A stretch of DNA of 64,000 nt. Origin: an uncultured Planctomycetota bacterium (GTDB lineage Bacteria; Planctomycetota; Planctomycetia; Isosphaerales; Isosphaeraceae). A program made the translations under genes and the position numbers. The notes beneath the pieces were generated by a model, which saw nothing but the letters and a program-made list of their open reading frames with translations, ran no database searches and was not told where the DNA came from. The DNA is taken from positions 3,040,001 to 3,104,000 of the forward strand of contig CAVTTN010000002.1 of the NCBI GenBank assembly GCA_963737655.1. The letters run 5' to 3'. Below are positions 58,903-64,000 of this stretch, piece by piece (position 1 is the stretch's first letter; every line of letters starts with the position of its first letter).

Positions 58903-59844
58903 TCACGTCGGGATATTTTCGAGGTTCCGGCCCTGCCGGGGGTCGCCGGCGGCGTCGGCCAGGGGGTCGGCGATCCGGCGGATCAGGGGCCGGGGCGTGG
59001 CGATGGCGATCGCGCCGACCAGGGCGATGAACAGGATGCCGCCGGCCAGCTCGACCGAGAGCAGGTGATCGGTGAACAGGGTGCCGCCGAGGCCGGCGAC
59101 GTGGGGTGGTGGCGCCCCCGGCGGCAGGCTGGCGGCGTCGGCCTCCGCCTCGTGGAGGAGGGAGGTCTCGCGATTGGCTCGGGCCAGGACCAGGGCGGGG
59201 CCGGAGTCGGCCATCACCCTGCGTCTGACCGTCTTGCCGTCGGGGCCGGGCCCGGAAACCAGTCTTGAGGCGGCGATCGGCTGGCGATCCCGGGCGGTCG
59301 CCGCGGTCTCGGTGGCGAAGTCGCCCGACCTCACGAGGACCAGGGCATAGAACAGGGCCCACATCAGGCCGAAGCCGCTGAGCGTGGCCGCGCCCGGGGC
59401 GCGGGCCATCCGGTCGTACACGGCCCGCCCCTCGGCCTGCGCGAGCATGATCACGAACAGGAACGTGACGATGATCGCCCCGGCGTAGACGATCACGGTC
59501 CCCGCCGCGAGGAACTGCGCCCCGGCCAGCAGGAACAGCCCCGACGACGCGAGGATCACCGACGCGAACCACAGGGCGCTGTACACGGGGTTGCGGCTGG
59601 TGATCGTCAGGATCGCCCCGGCCACCGCCCAGAGGGCGAATCCATAGAAGAAGACCGCCATCAGGAAGGCGTCCGGCTTCTTGTAGAGGAACACGGTCAG
59701 CAGGACGGCCAGCGCGGCCAGGCCGCCGCCCGCAATCTGGGTGTTCCTGGGCTTCAATCGCCCGTGCCGGTGGGGCAGCAGGAGCCACGTCCCCACTCCG
59801 CCGAGCAGGACGACCAGGGTCGGCAAGATCAGCCCGGAATTCAT
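58903..59844 (-). CDS. nuoJ: NADH-quinone oxidoreductase subunit J
   Basis: RNPVYSALWF, AQFLAA, VYAGAIIVTFLFVIML, LFTDHLLSVEL. Confidence 0.92.
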   Translation of the reverse strand: MNSGLILPTLVVLLGGVGTWLLLPHRHGRLKPRNTQIAGGGLAALAVLLTVFLYKKPDAFLMAVFFYGFALWAVAGAILTITSRNPVYSALWFASVILASSGLFLLAGAQFLAAGTVIVYAGAIIVTFLFVIMLAQAEGRAVYDRMARAPGAATLSGFGLMWALFYALVLVRSGDFATETAATARDRQPIAASRLVSGPGPDGKTVRRRVMADSGPALVLARANRETSLLHEAEADAASLPPGAPPPHVAGLGGTLFTDHLLSVELAGGILFIALVGAIAIATPRPLIRRIADPLADAAGDPRQGRNLENIPT

Positions 59845-60458
59845 GAGGTTCGCCCCTTCAGAGGGCCGTCGGTGACCTTCGACGGGAGTTCCTTCGAGGG
59901 GCCGGTCTGCCCCGCCGGGTAGGCCGGTTTCTGCGTCTTCATCGGCTCGGCGTCCTTCGTCAGGTCGTAGACCGACAGGAGCTTGGTCTTGTCGAAGATC
60001 ATCTGTTCTCGCGAGAGGCCCGTCAGGTCGTAGAGGCCGGTCAGCTCGATGGCATCGACGGGGCAGGCTTCCTCGCACATCCCGCAATAGATGCAGCGGA
60101 GCTCGTCGATCACGAAGCTCTCGGGATACTTCTCGCGGTCGTCCCAGGAGTCCGGCGCGGTGGCGCCGACGATGTCGATGCAGTGGGCCGGGCAGGCGGT
60201 GGCGCAGAGCATGCAGGCCACGCACTTGACCTTGCCGTCCTCCTGCTTGTTCAGCCGGTGGACTCCGCGGTAGTTCGCCGGGGGGATGTGCTGCTCCTCG
60301 GGATACTGCTGGGTGATCGCGCCGCTGCCCAGGGCCGCCGAGAGGATGTGGCGGCCGGTCACGAACAGCCCGCCGGCGATCTGCGGCAAATACGTCTTCT
60401 CGAAGAAGTTCAGCCGAGGGGGCTGGACTCGCCTCAGGCTGGGGTCGTCGGCTTTCAC
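59841..60458 (-). CDS. nuoI: NADH-quinone oxidoreductase subunit I
   Basis: YPEE, CVACMLCATACP, CIYCGMCEEACP. Confidence 0.96.
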   Translation of the reverse strand: MKADDPSLRRVQPPRLNFFEKTYLPQIAGGLFVTGRHILSAALGSGAITQQYPEEQHIPPANYRGVHRLNKQEDGKVKCVACMLCATACPAHCIDIVGATAPDSWDDREKYPESFVIDELRCIYCGMCEEACPVDAIELTGLYDLTGLSREQMIFDKTKLLSVYDLTKDAEPMKTQKPAYPAGQTGPSKELPSKVTDGPLKGRTS

Positions 60459-60491
60459 GGGAGGCGCTCTCCGAAAAAAACGGGGCTGAGC

Positions 60492-61529
60492 TCAGCCGCG
60501 GATGGCCTGGACGATCGCGGCGGTGGCGATCAGGTTGAGGATCGACAGCGGGATCAGCCGCTTCCACGCCAGGTCCATCAGCGTGTCGTAGCGGAACCGG
60601 GGGAGCGTCCACCGGACCCACATGATGACCACGATCATGAAACCGACCTTGCCCAGCATCACCGCCAGCTTCAACAGGGACCAGAACCAGCCGACCTGGT
60701 CATATCTCGTCAGGAAAGGGATGTCCCAGCCGCCGAGGAACAGGATCACGACCAGGAAGCTGACGGTGATCACGTGCATGTATTCGCCGAGGAAGAACAT
60801 GCCGAACTTCATCGCGGAGTATTCGGTGTGGAACCCGCCCACGAGCTCCTGCTCCGATTCGGGGAGGTCGAACGGCAGGCGGTTGGTCTCGGCGAAGGCG
60901 CTGATGAGGAACAGGAGGAAGCCCACCGGCTGGACGACGATCCCCCAGACGTGCGTGTCCTGCCAGTTGATGATCGAGTTGAGGTCCAGCGAGCGGGAGA
61001 TCAGGACCATCCCGAGGATCGACATCCCCAGGGGGACCTCGTAACTGATCAACTGGGCGCTCGACCGCAAGCCGCCGAGGAACGAGTATTTGTTGTTGGA
61101 CGACCACCCCGCCAGGATCACGCCGTACACCGCGAGGCTGCCGATCGCGAAGATGTAGAGGATGCCGATGTCGATCCCCGGGGCGATCTGGAACTGGATG
61201 TCGCCGGTGCCGAGGCCCACGCCCGTCTGGCCCACCGGCCCGAAGGGGACCACGGCGAAGCCGATCGTCGCGGCGATGATCGCGATGCACGGCGCCAGGA
61301 TGTACAGGGGTTTGGAGACGTAAGACGGGACCACGTCTTCCTTCAGGAGCATCTTGGCGCCGTCGGCCAATGGCTGCAACAACCCGAACGGGCCGGCGCG
61401 GTTCGGCCCGATGCGGTCCTGGGCCCAGGCGGCGATCTTGCGCTCGACGAGGATCAGGTACGCGACGGTCCCCTGGGTGATCCCGACGACGATGAAGATC
61501 TTGAGCAGGATTCCGATCGCATCCCCCAT
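60492..61529 (-). CDS. nuoH: NADH-quinone oxidoreductase subunit H
   Basis: ERK...QDRIGPNRAGPFGLLQPLADGAK, AETNRLPFDLPE, RWTLPRFRYD. Confidence 0.97.
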   Translation of the reverse strand: MGDAIGILLKIFIVVGITQGTVAYLILVERKIAAWAQDRIGPNRAGPFGLLQPLADGAKMLLKEDVVPSYVSKPLYILAPCIAIIAATIGFAVVPFGPVGQTGVGLGTGDIQFQIAPGIDIGILYIFAIGSLAVYGVILAGWSSNNKYSFLGGLRSSAQLISYEVPLGMSILGMVLISRSLDLNSIINWQDTHVWGIVVQPVGFLLFLISAFAETNRLPFDLPESEQELVGGFHTEYSAMKFGMFFLGEYMHVITVSFLVVILFLGGWDIPFLTRYDQVGWFWSLLKLAVMLGKVGFMIVVIMWVRWTLPRFRYDTLMDLAWKRLIPLSILNLIATAAIVQAIRG

Positions 61530-61584
61530 GACGGCTATCCACCTCGCTCGCTAAGAATCGAACTTTGCCCGGTTTGACGTCCGA

Positions 61585-63366
61585 TCAGGCGTTGACGGCC
61601 CCCTTCGGGCTGGCCTCGCCGGGTCGGTCCCCCTTGTCCCCTCGGGGGGTCAGCCAGGGGTCGGAATACGGGAACGGCGCGTGGCCGTTGCGGGAGGCGT
61701 CCGCCGCGATCGGCACGCCGAACTCGGGCACCTTGCCCCCTTCGGCGACGCCGAACGCCGGGATCGCCGCGGCCAGCTCGGCCAGGACCGCCCGCGAGCT
61801 GACCGGCCCCTGCCCCTTGCCCGAGAGGATCGCGATCAGGTCCAGGTCGGGCAGGCTGCCGTCTCGGGGAGGCAGGGCCGCCTCCGCGTATTGCAAACGC
61901 CCGTTCGCGTTGACATACGAGCCGGCCTTCTCGGCGAACGTCGCCCCGGCCAGGACCACGTCGGCGGCCTGGGCCAGGGGCGTCACCATCGTGTCGATCA
62001 CGAGCAGGAACGCCGCCTTGCGGAAGGTCGTGGCCTCGGGGTCGCCGAAGGCGGGATCAATCGCGTCGGAGGCCACGACCACGGCCCGGAACTCGCCGCG
62101 ATCGGCCCGGGAGAGGATGGCGGCGAACCCGATCACCTCGCCCTGGAGGCCCTGGAGGACGGCCTCGACCCCCTTGCGGTTCGGGCACTTCTCCGCGTGG
62201 ATCGTGAACGGTCGGGGGACGACGAAGCTGGTGTCGCCGGTCCGTCCTCGGTGCTGGTCGGGCGTGAAGGTCACGTCGTCGCCGAAGACCGGCACGGGGC
62301 CGAGGGCCAGGGTCACGCTCGGGCCGAGCGTCTTGAGGTAGGAGCCGAGGGCGAACGCCTCCTCGACCGTGAGGAACGGCGAGAGCACCCCGCAGATCGC
62401 CCCGCCCTCGTCGGCCGCGCGCTTCAGGCCGTCGCGAGCGAGGCTCACGGCTTGATCGATGGGCGTCGGCCGGAGCTCGACCCCGGCCGCGGGCCGGGCG
62501 TACATCGCCGAGAGCAAGCCGGGGTTGTTCGCCGCCTTGTAGCTGGCCCGGCCCTCGTCGCAGATCCAGTAGTCGTTCACCTCGGGGTTGAACCGGGCCC
62601 GGAACCGCCAGAGCTGGCCGCGATTCTCCTCGGAGGCGATGTTGCAGCCCGTGGAGCAGCGGGTGCAGATGGCGTCGTGCTTGGAGAGGAACCAGAATCG
62701 CTGCTTGTGGAGGAAGTCCTTGTCCAGGAGGGCGCCGACCGGGCAGAGATCGACGACGTTGCCGGCGAGCGGGTTGTCGATCGGGTGGCCGGGGAAGACG
62801 TCGATCTCGGCGTGGTTGCCCCGCCTCATGACCTGGAGCTCGGCCGTCCCGGTGATCTCCCGGGTGAACCGGACGCACCGGGTGCACATGATGCAGCGGT
62901 CTTGATTGAGCTGGATCGCGTCGGAGACGTCCTTGCGGGGGTTGACGGTCCGTTCCTCGACGAAGCGGTGGGCCGCCTGCCCATATTCATAGCTGTAGTC
63001 TTGCAGGCCGCACTGGCCGGCCTGGTCGCAGACGGGGCAATCGAGCGGGTGGTTGATCAGGAGGTACTCCATGATCATCCGCTGATGTTCCTTGACCTTG
63101 GGGCTGTCGGTGACGAGGACGGTCCCGTCCTTGGCCGGGGTCTGGCAGCCCGGGACCATCTTGGGGACCATCTTGACCTCGCCGGTCTTGGGGTCCTTGC
63201 TGCCGACCTCGATCTCGCACATCCGGCAGTTGGCGACGACCGAGAGCGCCGGGTGCCAGCAGTAGTAGGGGATGTCGTGGCCGAACCGCTGGGCCGCCTG
63301 GATGGCGTTCAGCTTCTCCCCCTCGGGGAGGGTGTATTCGGTTCCGTTGATGAGGATCGTCGCCAT
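61585..63366 (-). CDS. nuoG: NADH-quinone oxidoreductase subunit G
   Basis: IPYYCWHP, CRMCEIE, NHPLDCPVCDQAGQC, CIMCTRCVRF, DLCPVGAL; GGAGG RBS before ATG 63366. Confidence 0.95.
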   Translation of the reverse strand: MATILINGTEYTLPEGEKLNAIQAAQRFGHDIPYYCWHPALSVVANCRMCEIEVGSKDPKTGEVKMVPKMVPGCQTPAKDGTVLVTDSPKVKEHQRMIMEYLLINHPLDCPVCDQAGQCGLQDYSYEYGQAAHRFVEERTVNPRKDVSDAIQLNQDRCIMCTRCVRFTREITGTAELQVMRRGNHAEIDVFPGHPIDNPLAGNVVDLCPVGALLDKDFLHKQRFWFLSKHDAICTRCSTGCNIASEENRGQLWRFRARFNPEVNDYWICDEGRASYKAANNPGLLSAMYARPAAGVELRPTPIDQAVSLARDGLKRAADEGGAICGVLSPFLTVEEAFALGSYLKTLGPSVTLALGPVPVFGDDVTFTPDQHRGRTGDTSFVVPRPFTIHAEKCPNRKGVEAVLQGLQGEVIGFAAILSRADRGEFRAVVVASDAIDPAFGDPEATTFRKAAFLLVIDTMVTPLAQAADVVLAGATFAEKAGSYVNANGRLQYAEAALPPRDGSLPDLDLIAILSGKGQGPVSSRAVLAELAAAIPAFGVAEGGKVPEFGVPIAADASRNGHAPFPYSDPWLTPRGDKGDRPGEASPKGAVNA

Positions 63367-63404
63367 CGGGACCTCGGAGGAGGAGACGGTATCCGCGGGG
63401 AATG

Positions 63405-64000
63405 TCAGGCGTGGGCCGTGGCCCGGGTGGACAGGTCGGGGCCGGGCAGGCCGCGGGTGGGCTCGGGCAACGGGGTCCCCATCAGGTCGGCCCTCTGGCC
63501 GTGGGCGATCGCTTCCTGGAGCGGGGTTACGGCCCTTGCCGGAGACCGGTTGGTCCTGATGAAGTCCTCGAGCTCGCCCCGGAATTTGGCCACCGCGTTG
63601 CGGATCGGCCAGCCGGCCCCGTCGGCCAGGCCGCAGATGGTCGTGCCGGGCATGATGCCCATGTTCTTGGCGAGGTTGTCCATCAGGTCGAGGTCCTCGA
63701 GCCGGCCGCCCCCGCCCTTGATCCGCTTCATCATCTTGTAGAGCCAGCCCGTCCCCTCCCGGCAGGGGGTGCACTGGCCGCAGCTCTCGTGGGCGAAGAA
63801 CCGGCAGGTGTTGTAGAGGTAATCGACGATGCTCGTCGTCTCGTCCATGACCGTGACGGCGGCCGTGCCCAGGCCCAGGCAGCCGGTCTTGCGGATGTCC
63901 TCGAAGTCGAGCTTCACGTCGAATTCCTCGGCCGAGAGCAGCCCCATGCTGATCCCTCCGGGCACCGCCATCTTCCCCTTGCGGTTCTTCCAGATCCCGC
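63405..64000 (-). CDS. nuoF: NADH-quinone oxidoreductase subunit F, 3' part
   Basis: FFAHESCGQCTPCREG, TICGLADGA; runs off the window end. Confidence 0.95.
   Translation of the reverse strand, partial: GIWKNRKGKMAVPGGISMGLLSAEEFDVKLDFEDIRKTGCLGLGTAAVTVMDETTSIVDYLYNTCRFFAHESCGQCTPCREGTGWLYKMMKRIKGGGGRLEDLDLMDNLAKNMGIMPGTTICGLADGAGWPIRNAVAKFRGELEDFIRTNRSPARAVTPLQEAIAHGQRADLMGTPLPEPTRGLPGPDLSTRATAHA

Overview
GC-rich chromosomal window that looks like a planctomycete, probably Isosphaeraceae-like. This rests on DUF1559, PSD1/planctomycete cytochrome c, two DUF1501 genes, a PVC-type CxxCH protein and LExRxLL-type N-terminal export motifs. Contents in order: 3' end of a RyR-domain protein, Tat lactonase, Gly/Asn/Ala-repeat TPR protein, NTF2-like protein, hybrid histidine kinase, tRNA-Ala(CGC), GT2-TPR glycosyltransferase, a 2.7-kaa adhesin with a recent 606-bp duplication, an OprO/P porin with an in-frame amber stop, a left-handed beta-helix protein, a decayed GH3 pseudogene, tyrosine catabolism (hppD-fahA-hmgA), DUF1501 and an S1C protease. 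Next come a compact type VII secretion-like operon (three WXG100-like helical proteins plus an atypical EssC/EccC-like FtsK ATPase), acyl-CoA synthetase, flavin reductase, the PVC heme protein, an unknown 1058-aa membrane protein with an M24 peptidase, a YezD-led DUF1559-PSD1-DUF1501 cassette, and nuoF(partial)-GHIJKLMN. Many single-base indels, mostly in G/C homopolymers and including nuoN, look like long-read assembly errors. The best candidate novel system is the minimal WXG100/FtsK operon at 30401-35507. The second is the YezD leader with its downstream RNA hairpin. All family calls come from motif recognition by eye; no searches were run.
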